Numbered from the stretch's first letter, positions 9,217 through 17,422 are shown. The stretch: 32,000 nucleotides of DNA from Candidatus Nanopusillus sp. (GCA_046536775.1 JAWDMD010000002.1:196-32195); one strand, 5' to 3'. The notes: generated by a model not told the origin, from the letters alone. Program-made: numbers and translations.

Positions 9217-10380
9217 ATGGATTTAAATAAAGATGTAGATCTAATCGATGAGTTTTTCTCGTATGTAAAAAATTTTAATAATAGAATATTCGAAATAAAA
9301 AGAAGTTTGAATAATTTTGTAAATAGAGAAGAATTTAATAATCAATTAAAAGCTTTGAAAGAAGAATTAGAAAATGTAGAAAAAATATTAGATAATTATA
9401 AAGAAATATTAAATGAAGATTTACTCAATAAAGTAAGATATTTAAATGATTTAAAATTAAAAATAGATGTATTAGAAAACAATCAGAAAAACTTTATTGA
9501 TTATTCTACTATAGTAAACATAAAATCAAAAATAAATAAATTAGAACTTGATATAAATTCTCTAAGTAATAAAATAACAAAATATGAAGATGCTATAAAT
9601 AGTATAAAAGAATTAAGTAATAAAATAAAAGATTCGACAGATAGATTAAGTAAAATAGAAGATTCATATACAAATATTAATGATTTTAATGATCTGAAAG
9701 AAAAAGTGGCTAATTTAACGAATTTAGTATCTAAGACAATAGACAATTTATCTAAAGATTTATTACAATATAATAAAATATCTGAAATGATAAATGAGAT
9801 AAAAGAAAAAGATCTATATAATATTAATAGTAAATTGGAAGAGATAGAAAAGAAACATGAAGAAAAATATTCTGAAATTAGTAATAAAATAAGCAATATG
9901 AACTATCTATTGCAATTAACAAATGATGATATTAAAAATATAAAACAATTTAAAACTTATGAAGAATTATATAACAAATATATAAACTTCGAAAATAGAT
10001 TAAATAGCATATATGCATTATTTGAGGAATTAAATAATCTGGTTGTAGATTTAAGATCTAAAGTAAATGAAATGGACAAAATTGAAGAAATTAATGAAAA
10101 ATATAATAAATTGGAAGAAAGTTTAAACAATATTAGGGAAGAAATAAGAAATGTAAAAACAGAATTGTACGATTCTAAAGATATACTAGAATCTGTATTA
10201 TCCGATTATGAAAATTTAATGAATAAAGTAAAGAAAATAGAGAACTTTATTGATTTAGCTAACCTTGAGTATATAATAAATGAAGTAGAAAAAATAAAAA
10301 TAATGGAAAATGATATAGAAAATATAAAGAGATTATTATTATCTAAAAATATAAAAGAAGAAGAGGAATATAAGTACTAA
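9217..10380 (+). CDS. Hypothetical long coiled-coil protein (387 aa)
   Basis: Coiled-coil-like composition nearly throughout (N/K/E/L/I) with no TM segment and no NTPase motifs. It is the longest ORF at this locus; the antisense ORF 9501-9896 mirrors its low complexity. Confidence 0.5.
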   Translation: MDLNKDVDLIDEFFSYVKNFNNRIFEIKRSLNNFVNREEFNNQLKALKEELENVEKILDNYKEILNEDLLNKVRYLNDLKLKIDVLENNQKNFIDYSTIVNIKSKINKLELDINSLSNKITKYEDAINSIKELSNKIKDSTDRLSKIEDSYTNINDFNDLKEKVANLTNLVSKTIDNLSKDLLQYNKISEMINEIKEKDLYNINSKLEEIEKKHEEKYSEISNKISNMNYLLQLTNDDIKNIKQFKTYEELYNKYINFENRLNSIYALFEELNNLVVDLRSKVNEMDKIEEINEKYNKLEESLNNIREEIRNVKTELYDSKDILESVLSDYENLMNKVKKIENFIDLANLEYIINEVEKIKIMENDIENIKRLLLSKNIKEEEEYKY

Positions 10381-10733
10381 TAGACTTTTTTAATTTTATC
10401 TATTATATCTGCAAGCCTACTTATTATATCATATAATTTTATTAGTTTTTCTTTTTCTATATTTTTATGATCTAATCCTTTTTCTATATCTAAATAATCA
10501 AATACTTTATCAGATTTAACAATATATAATTCATCAAAGAAATTTCTTCCTTCCAATTCTTTTAATATTGATATAAATTTTAACGATTCATTAAGATTGT
10601 TTAAATCTATTTCTTTTTTTAATACTAAAGTTATTTTTCCACTCTCCCCCTTTTCTAATTTTTTAATTTTATTATCAAGTTGTAATAATTTCCTTCTTTT
10701 AGCATATTCTGGGGATGGTATTATTAATGGCAT
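10377..10733 (-). CDS. Hypothetical protein (118 aa)
   Basis: ORF with lysine-rich composition typical of this window and no recognised motif. Its stop overlaps the stop of the convergent coiled-coil gene by 4 nt. Confidence 0.4.
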   Translation of the reverse strand: MPLIIPSPEYAKRRKLLQLDNKIKKLEKGESGKITLVLKKEIDLNNLNESLKFISILKELEGRNFFDELYIVKSDKVFDYLDIEKGLDHKNIEKEKLIKLYDIISRLADIIDKIKKVY

Positions 10734-10763
10734 AATAAATATTAATATATGGAAATTTAAAAA

Positions 10764-10813
10764 TCAGCAGTTACTCCTCTCATCATTAATTCAGATTGTG
10801 TCCACGTCATCAT
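10764..10813 (-). ncRNA. C/D box sRNA (2'-O-methylation guide), box-to-box core
   Basis: The minus strand reads 5'-AUGAUGA (C) CGUGGACACAAU (12 nt) CUGA (D') AUUA AUGAUGA (C') GAGGAGUAACUG (12 nt) CUGA (D)-3', followed at once by UUUUU. All four boxes are perfect consensus and both spacers are the canonical archaeal 12 nt. It lies in the divergent intergenic region between 10733 and 10852. The exact 5' and 3' ends are not determined. Confidence 0.85.
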
Positions 10814-10851
10814 AATATTTATTTATAAGAATTGTATTTTTTATTTTTTAT

Positions 10852-11835
10852 ATGAATGAAATGCTTCCTTTATTGGTATTTGATATAATAATATTGGCAT
10901 ATTCTTCATACCAGGATATAAAATATAAATCTGTAGATGATATAATAATATATATTTTATTGATATTTAATGTATTCTATTTTTTATATTTAATTGTCCA
11001 AAATATTTATCCAGGAAATTTTATATTTTCATATTATATTCTCTTATTTTTCACTTTATTATATCTATTTAGGTTGCTGGCCATTGGAGATCTATTTATT
11101 TTCTTTTCAATATTCTTTCTATTATCCTTCTTTTCTCTATATAAGATGTTATTATTTTTATTTTATTTAGTATTATTTGGATTTATATTCCACAATATAG
11201 AGGCTATTAAGGCATATAAAGAAAATAGAAAAAGATATTATATTTTCATTTTTAATATTATCTCAATATTGGTTTCTATATATTTTATCAACCTTTTTGT
11301 TTTATATTTTGATATTTATTATCTATTAATTTCTCTAATTTTCATATATATTCCATATTTTCTATTTAGATATATATCAAAGGATTTAGAGGAAAAATTA
11401 ACGTTTATGAGAAATGTAAATGAATTGGTTGAAGGAGATTGGATAGAAGATGGAATAGAAATTAATAGTATAAAGAAAGAAGATAAAGAAATATTAGTTA
11501 AATATTTCGATATTTATGAAAATGAGAATAAATACGTATTAAAATTTAAGAATAATAATAAATTAATAAATTCTCTTATTATCTTAATAATCTCAGTTTT
11601 ACCATTAATATTTTATTTTTTAAATGAAATTTTCTTTTATTATTCTATGCCATTTATCATAATATTTTATCATATATTTCAAAATAAACTGTTTATTGGA
11701 AGATTTGGTCTTTCAAAAGAAGAAATTAATATATTAAAGAAATTGGGAGAATATAATGATATAAAAGTAAAAGTAAAAGAAGGAGCACCATTTATTCCTC
11801 CAATATTCCTTTCTTTCATATTCTTACTAATATGA
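10852..11835 (+). CDS. A24-family aspartic peptidase (prepilin/prearchaellin peptidase, FlaK/PibD-like)
   Basis: Polytopic membrane protein. The first candidate catalytic Asp is in SSYQDIKYKSVDD near the N-terminus and the second is in LAIGDLFIF (a GxGD-like motif). The C-terminal GAPFIPPIF resembles the conserved PF.P element of A24 peptidases. A soluble insert (about residues 175-235) sits between TM blocks, as in FlaK. Confidence 0.6.
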   Translation: MNEMLPLLVFDIIILAYSSYQDIKYKSVDDIIIYILLIFNVFYFLYLIVQNIYPGNFIFSYYILLFFTLLYLFRLLAIGDLFIFFSIFFLLSFFSLYKMLLFLFYLVLFGFIFHNIEAIKAYKENRKRYYIFIFNIISILVSIYFINLFVLYFDIYYLLISLIFIYIPYFLFRYISKDLEEKLTFMRNVNELVEGDWIEDGIEINSIKKEDKEILVKYFDIYENENKYVLKFKNNNKLINSLIILIISVLPLIFYFLNEIFFYYSMPFIIIFYHIFQNKLFIGRFGLSKEEINILKKLGEYNDIKVKVKEGAPFIPPIFLSFIFLLI

Positions 11836-12848
11836 AATATGAAATAATAGATAAGAAAATAATAAAAATTAAGATAGAGGATGAAGTGGATTTATTATAT
11901 TTGTATAAAATAGTTAATGTAGGTGATATTATAGAAGGATATGATTATAGAACATTAAAATTTGAGAATGAGAAAGAAAAGAAAAAAATAAAAATAAAAA
12001 TAGAGATTGAGAATATAAAATTTTCTGAATATAAGGATTCATTGAGGATCTCTGGAAAAATAATTGATTCAAATGATAAAGATTCTATTGGACACTATCA
12101 TACATTTGATATAAGAATATCTACAGAATTTACATTATATAAAAAAGAAGAAATAAAAAAATATGAAGAAAAAATATTAGAGAAATCTTCTAGAAAAAAA
12201 GAAGATATTTTTGTAATATCAATAGATAATAATGATATAGCTCTAGGCATAATAAATAATGGGATAAAAATTATAAAGGAAGAATACTATAAGATAAATA
12301 AGGGAGATCTGGAAGAAAAAACAAAGTTATATAAAATATTTTCAGAATTTTTAGATACAATAAGGGATTATGATATTAAATTTCTATGTATAATTGGTCC
12401 ATTATTTTATCCTGAAGAATTTTATGATTATATAAAGGACAAATTAAATATAAAAAATATAAAAATATATAAGGTATCTAATGGAGGTGTAAATGGTATA
12501 TATGAATTTGTTAGGAGAACAGAATATTATGAAACATTAAAAAATTTAGAAATTTTAGAAATAAATAAATTAATTGAAGAAGTATTATATTTAATGCAAA
12601 AAAATATGGTAGTATTTGGATACGATGAAGTATACAATAATGCAATGTATAATAATATAGAATATGTTTTAATATCTGAAGAATGTTTTAAAAAAATGAA
12701 AGAAGAAAACAATATTGATAAAATTATAAATTTATTTAATATTCTGGATAGAATAGATGCAGAAATATATTTTGTAAATAATAATGCCAATAATTTTGAA
12801 TTAATTGATAGATTTTGTATTGTTGGAAAATTAAGGTATAAATTATAA
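11832..12848 (+). CDS. pelA: Pelota (Dom34 homologue), mRNA surveillance and ribosome rescue factor
   Basis: The N-terminus MKYEIIDKKIIKIKIEDEVDLLYLYKIVNVGDIIEG matches the Pelota pattern (pE..DDLW.L..ii..GD). LRISGKI follows, and the C-terminal region is eRF1-like. Length 338 aa is typical. Confidence 0.75.
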   Translation: MKYEIIDKKIIKIKIEDEVDLLYLYKIVNVGDIIEGYDYRTLKFENEKEKKKIKIKIEIENIKFSEYKDSLRISGKIIDSNDKDSIGHYHTFDIRISTEFTLYKKEEIKKYEEKILEKSSRKKEDIFVISIDNNDIALGIINNGIKIIKEEYYKINKGDLEEKTKLYKIFSEFLDTIRDYDIKFLCIIGPLFYPEEFYDYIKDKLNIKNIKIYKVSNGGVNGIYEFVRRTEYYETLKNLEILEINKLIEEVLYLMQKNMVVFGYDEVYNNAMYNNIEYVLISEECFKKMKEENNIDKIINLFNILDRIDAEIYFVNNNANNFELIDRFCIVGKLRYKL

Positions 12849-12873
12849 ATATTAAGGAATATTTTATTAAAAT

Positions 12874-13923
12874 ATGAAAAAATTGCAAACGACAGGTTTA
12901 GGTATATTCTTTATATTATTGGGTATGGTAATTTTTGTATATTGGATAATTCTCCCATATCAGTATAGACAATCTTTAATACAACAATTAATTAATGGAA
13001 CTAATATGACATTATATTTTCCTTCAAATTCTTCAAATATAAGTACTAGTAATCAAATCTTTCAAAATATACAATTATCAAAAAGCCAGAATTATTATTA
13101 TATAGCAAGTAATTATACAATAGGAAGTTATACTCCAGTATATTATATTAATTTGGGAACTTTAAATTTTGAAACAAACATATTTTATGGAACAGTTAGT
13201 AAAAGCTTATATTTCTATTATTCTGACAATTATAATGGAATAAATATTACTGCATATTCTACATGTAATGATGGGAACTTTGATATATATGTAAATAATT
13301 ATGAATTATATTCTGGATGTCAAAATGGTGAAATAAGCATTTTCGTTTCTCCAAATTATTTAAATAATGGAGATAACGAATTAAAAATAGTATTTTCCCC
13401 ATCTAGTATAATATTCGGTGGGAATGGAATATTGAATAACATAAATATAAATTATCTAGAGTTTTCATCATTAAATTTTAACTATTATTATATATCTGGA
13501 GATGTATATATGTTCTATGATTTTTGTCCATATTCTCCTCAAAATGTAGAATTGATTGTAAATGGGTTATCAATTCCACTATCTTCATGTTCTAACTTAT
13601 TTTATCTAACCCCATATTTAAATGTTGGAGAGAATACAATTAGTCTGATCTCATCTTATCCAGTTAATATAAATAATTTATATATAGAATCAAAGAGCAA
13701 TATATTTTATATAGCATTTCCAAATAATTTAACAAATTATATATTGGATATTGTAGTCAGTCAAGGCTCTGGAGAAGTTATAATAAATAATAATTGTATA
13801 TATGATATAAGTTCATCTGTTGGAGCTTATGCAATAAATATATATAATTGTTTATTGCCAGAAAATCTGTTAGAAATAAAAACAGACAGTTATCTTAAGA
13901 TAGATTATTTACAGATATCTTAA
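12874..13923 (+). CDS. ORFan N-anchored or secreted surface protein with three Cys-pair modules and many N-X-S/T sequons
   Basis: N-terminal MKKLQTTG followed by the hydrophobic LGIFFILLGMVIFVYWIIL. The rest is N/S/Y/I-rich with many sequons (NGT, NMT, NSS, NIS, NYT, NIT, NLT). There are three tandem units of the form C-x17/20-C-x(10-13)-YL, two of which carry YLN[NV]G[DE]N[ET]. Confidence 0.55.
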   Translation: MKKLQTTGLGIFFILLGMVIFVYWIILPYQYRQSLIQQLINGTNMTLYFPSNSSNISTSNQIFQNIQLSKSQNYYYIASNYTIGSYTPVYYINLGTLNFETNIFYGTVSKSLYFYYSDNYNGINITAYSTCNDGNFDIYVNNYELYSGCQNGEISIFVSPNYLNNGDNELKIVFSPSSIIFGGNGILNNININYLEFSSLNFNYYYISGDVYMFYDFCPYSPQNVELIVNGLSIPLSSCSNLFYLTPYLNVGENTISLISSYPVNINNLYIESKSNIFYIAFPNNLTNYILDIVVSQGSGEVIINNNCIYDISSSVGAYAINIYNCLLPENLLEIKTDSYLKIDYLQIS

Positions 13924-13945
13924 AAATTTATAAATAAAGAAATTT

Positions 13946-14320
13946 ATGATTCATCATATGAAGAAAAGGGGAGCTAGAAGATCCAGTGGTGGATTAGTTT
14001 TTTTATTAATTTTAATAATTTTGGCAATGGCGATTTATCTATATTATAATCAGATTCTTGGATATTTAGAAAATAATCAAATGTTCCAAACTATCGAAAA
14101 TATTACAATGCAATTTATCAATGAAAGTCAACAAGCTTTTAATATTATTCAAAATTCCTTAAATGGAAATATTAGTATAAATAATTTATATACATCTAAT
14201 AATCAAAATAATACAAATACTTTAAGTAATGTAGGTCAAAATTCTTCAAGTATAACTAGCTCAACTCAGACTTATATTGGTGGTGGTAGTAGTTCTAATG
14301 GTAGACATCTTATTCGTTAA
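13946..14320 (+). CDS. ORFan small N-anchored protein; carries copy 1 of the 183-bp repeat
   Basis: MIHHMKKRGARRSSGG followed by the hydrophobic LVFLLILIILAMAIYLYY, then an N/Q/S-rich tail. An alternative start is at 13958 (MKKRG...). KRG|A resembles a class III signal, but the hydrophobic segment starts late. Confidence 0.45.
   Translation: MIHHMKKRGARRSSGGLVFLLILIILAMAIYLYYNQILGYLENNQMFQTIENITMQFINESQQAFNIIQNSLNGNISINNLYTSNNQNNTNTLSNVGQNSSSITSSTQTYIGGGSSSNGRHLIR
14040..14222. repeat. Direct repeat, copy 1 (183 bp, inside CDS 13946-14320)
   Basis: Base-by-base reading matches 14421-14603 with no mismatch seen. Identity starts at tatattataatcag and ends at aatacaaatactt. Confidence 0.85.
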
Positions 14321-14420
14321 TTGTAGCATAAATTATAGCATATTATATATAACTTTAATACAATGCTTATAAATATCTAAAAACTTTATTTTGTATATAG
14401 GTGATAAGCAACCAAACATT

Positions 14421-14603
14421 TATATTATAATCAGATTCTTGGATATTTAGAAAATAATCAAATGTTCCAAACTATCGAAAATATTACAATGCAATTTATC
14501 AATGAAAGTCAACAAGCTTTTAATATTATTCAAAATTCCTTAAATGGAAATATTAGTATAAATAATTTATATACATCTAATAATCAAAATAATACAAATA
14601 CTT
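14421..14603. repeat. Direct repeat, copy 2 (183 bp), an intergenic gene fragment
   Basis: Identical to 14040-14222 and offset by exactly 381 bp (127 codons). In the homologous frame there is a TAA at 14405-14407 upstream and a TAA at 14604-14606 right after the repeat, so only a roughly 47-codon fragment from an internal Met could be read. Confidence 0.85.
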
Positions 14604-14615
14604 AAAGTTAATATC

Positions 14616-15629
14616 ATGATAAAATTTTTAATTAATAAAGTAAATATATATTTAATGAAAGCTGGAAGATTTGTGTATTTGCTACCAATATTATTTACAG
14701 GTACTACTTTGTTTTATTTTTCTACATGTCCAATTGGTAATATTGGCTCTGGAAATTTGGGATTTTTAAATGGTGGAAATTCCAATTTATATCAACCTTC
14801 ATGGGCATTAAATCAACCTGGAAATGTATATTTATATATCCAGGCTCCCTCCTCATTAAATTATAGCGAATCAAGCGGTTTAAATTATAACTTACCTCTT
14901 ATTTATGTTAATAACATTTATACAATGTCAAATTCCCAGCTAGGAGTTTCATATTATGTTTATAGTTATGCCTTATCTTCTCCTTATTCAGGTAATTTTA
15001 ATGCAGAACCGGCAGTTTATAATTCTTCTTCTAATCAACTTTCTCCTTCAAATTCTACCATTGGAAATCTTAAAGTTTCTCTGAGTTCCGGTCTTCAAGC
15101 AGTACCACCCCAAATACCAATAGTTGTAGAATATAATATATCAAATGTTGTTACTAATGTATTAATTCAATTACAATTAAATTATTCTAACAGTCAGATA
15201 ACATTAAGTGAACCTGTGTATTATTCGTCATCCCCAATAACTCCATCATCTTCTAATGTTAATGTGAATGAAACCAATGGAAATATATATTTTTCAATAG
15301 CTTTCCAAGATTCTGTTGGATGCTTTAGTAATGTATATTCTAGTAATCAAGCTACTTTTAATATAAATGCTGAATTAAGTATTATTGGAGCAAATCAAAT
15401 AAATATACCAAATGGGGAAGAGGGTTTCTCATGTAATCCAACACAAAATGTTCCAATGAATTCATCTACAATATCATGTAGCATAAATATACAGCAATTA
15501 GCAAAAAATAATCAAGAAATTCAAAATCTAATAAATTCAAATCTGGTACTACCTGCATATGTTCTAATGAATCTTTCATATAATTGCTATGAAGAAGATA
15601 TATATAATATTCCAGTAACTGAAACTTAA
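14616..15629 (+). CDS. ORFan N-anchored or secreted S/N/Y-rich surface protein
   Basis: A hydrophobic N-terminal segment (FVYLLPILFTGTTLFYF) follows MKAGR. An alternative and perhaps better start is at 14655. The mature part is S/N/Y/P-rich with many sequons (NYS, NSS, NST, NIS, NET, NLS) and five Cys. No family recognised. Confidence 0.5.
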   Translation: MIKFLINKVNIYLMKAGRFVYLLPILFTGTTLFYFSTCPIGNIGSGNLGFLNGGNSNLYQPSWALNQPGNVYLYIQAPSSLNYSESSGLNYNLPLIYVNNIYTMSNSQLGVSYYVYSYALSSPYSGNFNAEPAVYNSSSNQLSPSNSTIGNLKVSLSSGLQAVPPQIPIVVEYNISNVVTNVLIQLQLNYSNSQITLSEPVYYSSSPITPSSSNVNVNETNGNIYFSIAFQDSVGCFSNVYSSNQATFNINAELSIIGANQINIPNGEEGFSCNPTQNVPMNSSTISCSINIQQLAKNNQEIQNLINSNLVLPAYVLMNLSYNCYEEDIYNIPVTET

Positions 15630-15673
15630 AACTGTATATAAATTTAATAAGTATTTTTAATATATTTTAAAAA

Positions 15674-16450
15674 ATGTATAAGAGAAAAGATTCTCCAAAG
15701 GTGAATGATTATGTTATATGTACTGTAAATAATATATCAGACGTAGATGTAAAGGTTAGTTTAGATGAATATGAGAATTTTAATGGAATAATTCCGATAG
15801 ATGAATTATCAAATAGAAGAATTACAAATCCACGAATTTTGGTTAGAGAAGGTAAAAAGATTGTATGTTTAGTACTTGATGTAGATGTACAGAATAGATT
15901 GGTTACTTTATCGTTAAAGAGAGTTGATAAAAATAAACAAAAAGCGAAAATCTCAGAATATAAAAGAGAGATGGTTGCTTATAATATATTGAAAATAATG
16001 AGTGAAAAGGAAAATATAGATATGAGTAAATTGGAAAGGGATATAATATTTAAAATTGTTCCAGAAAACAAGCTTTATAGCGCATTTTTAGAAGCTTATA
16101 TAAATGGAAAAGGTGTTTTAGATAAATATAAAATAAGTAAAAAATATTCTGATCTATTATATAAATATATAGTTGATTATCTAAATCCACCAAAATACGA
16201 GTTTACGTATATAATGCAGGCTTATTGTTTAGATGGAGATGGAATATATAAAATAAAGGAATTTCTTAAAAAGATAAAGGATCTAAATATAATGATAAAA
16301 TATATGGGATCACCTACATATATGTTAAAATATGTTACTATAAGTCCATCTGATTTACAAAAAAAAGAAAAAGAAATGCTAGAATTGATAAATAAAGAAG
16401 CTAAAGATTATAATATAATTTATGAAATAAATAAATATGAAAGAGATTAG
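15674..16450 (+). CDS. eif2a: Translation initiation factor aIF2 alpha subunit
   Basis: N-terminal S1/OB domain: PKVNDYVICTVNNISDVDVKVSLDEYENFNGIIPIDELSNRRI...REGKKIVCLVLDVDVQNRLVTLSLKRV. Length 258 aa. It is followed by Nop10 and a PAC2-like gene, the conserved archaeal order. Confidence 0.85.
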   Translation: MYKRKDSPKVNDYVICTVNNISDVDVKVSLDEYENFNGIIPIDELSNRRITNPRILVREGKKIVCLVLDVDVQNRLVTLSLKRVDKNKQKAKISEYKREMVAYNILKIMSEKENIDMSKLERDIIFKIVPENKLYSAFLEAYINGKGVLDKYKISKKYSDLLYKYIVDYLNPPKYEFTYIMQAYCLDGDGIYKIKEFLKKIKDLNIMIKYMGSPTYMLKYVTISPSDLQKKEKEMLELINKEAKDYNIIYEINKYERD

Positions 16451-16613
16451 AAAATGTAAAAATTGTAAAATATATACATTTAAAGAAGTCTGTCCAATTT
16501 GCAGTAATAAGACATCTAGAATAATACCCCCCAAATTTTCTCCAGATGATAAATGGGGTGATTACAGGAGAAAAATGAAAAAAGAAATCTTATATAAAAA
16601 TAATATATTATAA
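16437..16613 (+). CDS. nop10: Nop10, H/ACA RNP protein (58 aa, below the ORF-track cut-off)
   Basis: Hand translation gives MKEIRKCKNCKIYTFKEVCPICSNKTSRIIPPKFSPDDKWGDYRRKMKKEILYKNNIL. It has the CxxC...CPxC zinc ribbon, the YT motif and P.KFSPDD...YRR typical of archaeal Nop10. It overlaps the aIF2-alpha 3' end by 14 nt. Confidence 0.85.
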   Translation: MKEIRKCKNCKIYTFKEVCPICSNKTSRIIPPKFSPDDKWGDYRRKMKKEILYKNNIL

Positions 16614-16619
16614 TATATT

Positions 16620-17417
16620 ATGGAATTCATAATTGATAAAGAAAAAATAAGAAATATGAATAATATAGTTTTTCTTTATTCAATAGGCGGAGGATTTGGA
16701 AATTTGTCAAAAATAGTTGGAAAAAAACTGATAGAAACTTATAAAGGAAAAGTTGTTGGAAGAATAATAACAGATTTCTTTCCTGATGTAGTTAAAATAG
16801 ATAAAAAAGGATATATATCGGATAATATAAGTTATAAATTATATTCTGTTCCAATTGGTAACTATAATTTTCTAGTATTATATGGGGATTTCCAGATAAT
16901 GATCCTAGAAGATCCGGGATTATCTTTATACTTTAGATATAAATTCATGAATAAACTATTTAGAATAATAAATAAATTTAATTTATTGGAATTAAGTATA
17001 ATTGGTGGAATAGGTTCACATCAATTAGAACCGGAAAATCCAAATTACCTGTTTTCATTAAATAAATACTATGATATAAATAAAATAAAGGAAAAATTGG
17101 GAGAACCAGAATTATATAAATCAAATACTGTTGTTGGAATGAGTGGATTATTTTTATATTATTCTCAACTATTTAAAAAACCAGCTTATTTATTGTTAGT
17201 TGAAACATATTTATCAAATCAAATCAATGGATATTTTGGTGCTTCAAAGGCATTAGAAATATTGGGTAAGTTATATGGATTTCAAGTTGATACGACTGAT
17301 CTAAAGGAAAAAGGCAAGAAACTAAAAGAAAGACTAGAAAAAGATCTAAATATGATTAAGAAGTTAGAAGAAGAAAATAAGAAAAGAGAAAAAAGTTCAG
17401 GATACTATTACGGATAG
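16620..17417 (+). CDS. PAC2-family proteasome assembly chaperone-like protein (PbaA/PbaB type)
   Basis: It occupies the position after aIF2-alpha and Nop10 where archaea usually carry a PAC2-family (PbaA/PbaB-type) gene. The N-terminus has a glycine-rich SIGGGFGNLSKIVG. A coiled-coil tail ends in YYYG, which fits a C-terminal HbYX proteasome-docking motif. Confidence 0.5.
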   Translation: MEFIIDKEKIRNMNNIVFLYSIGGGFGNLSKIVGKKLIETYKGKVVGRIITDFFPDVVKIDKKGYISDNISYKLYSVPIGNYNFLVLYGDFQIMILEDPGLSLYFRYKFMNKLFRIINKFNLLELSIIGGIGSHQLEPENPNYLFSLNKYYDINKIKEKLGEPELYKSNTVVGMSGLFLYYSQLFKKPAYLLLVETYLSNQINGYFGASKALEILGKLYGFQVDTTDLKEKGKKLKERLEKDLNMIKKLEEENKKREKSSGYYYG

Positions 17418-17422
17418 AAATT

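Noticed and set aside
9501-9896. 131-aa minus-strand ORF inside the long coiled-coil gene
   Set aside because: It is the mirror image of K/E/N-rich codons, which read as F/L/S-rich on the other strand. It lies entirely within a longer ORF, which is typical of spurious antisense ORFs.
10597-10815. 72-aa plus-strand ORF
   Set aside because: It overlaps the 5' part of the minus-strand 118-aa gene and runs through the C/D box sRNA. The sRNA explains the conserved-looking segment better.
14040-14603. CRISPR-like or tandem-array interpretation of the 183-bp repeat
   Set aside because: There are only two copies. The repeat is far longer than a CRISPR repeat, there is no spacer periodicity, and it is clearly a duplicated coding segment.
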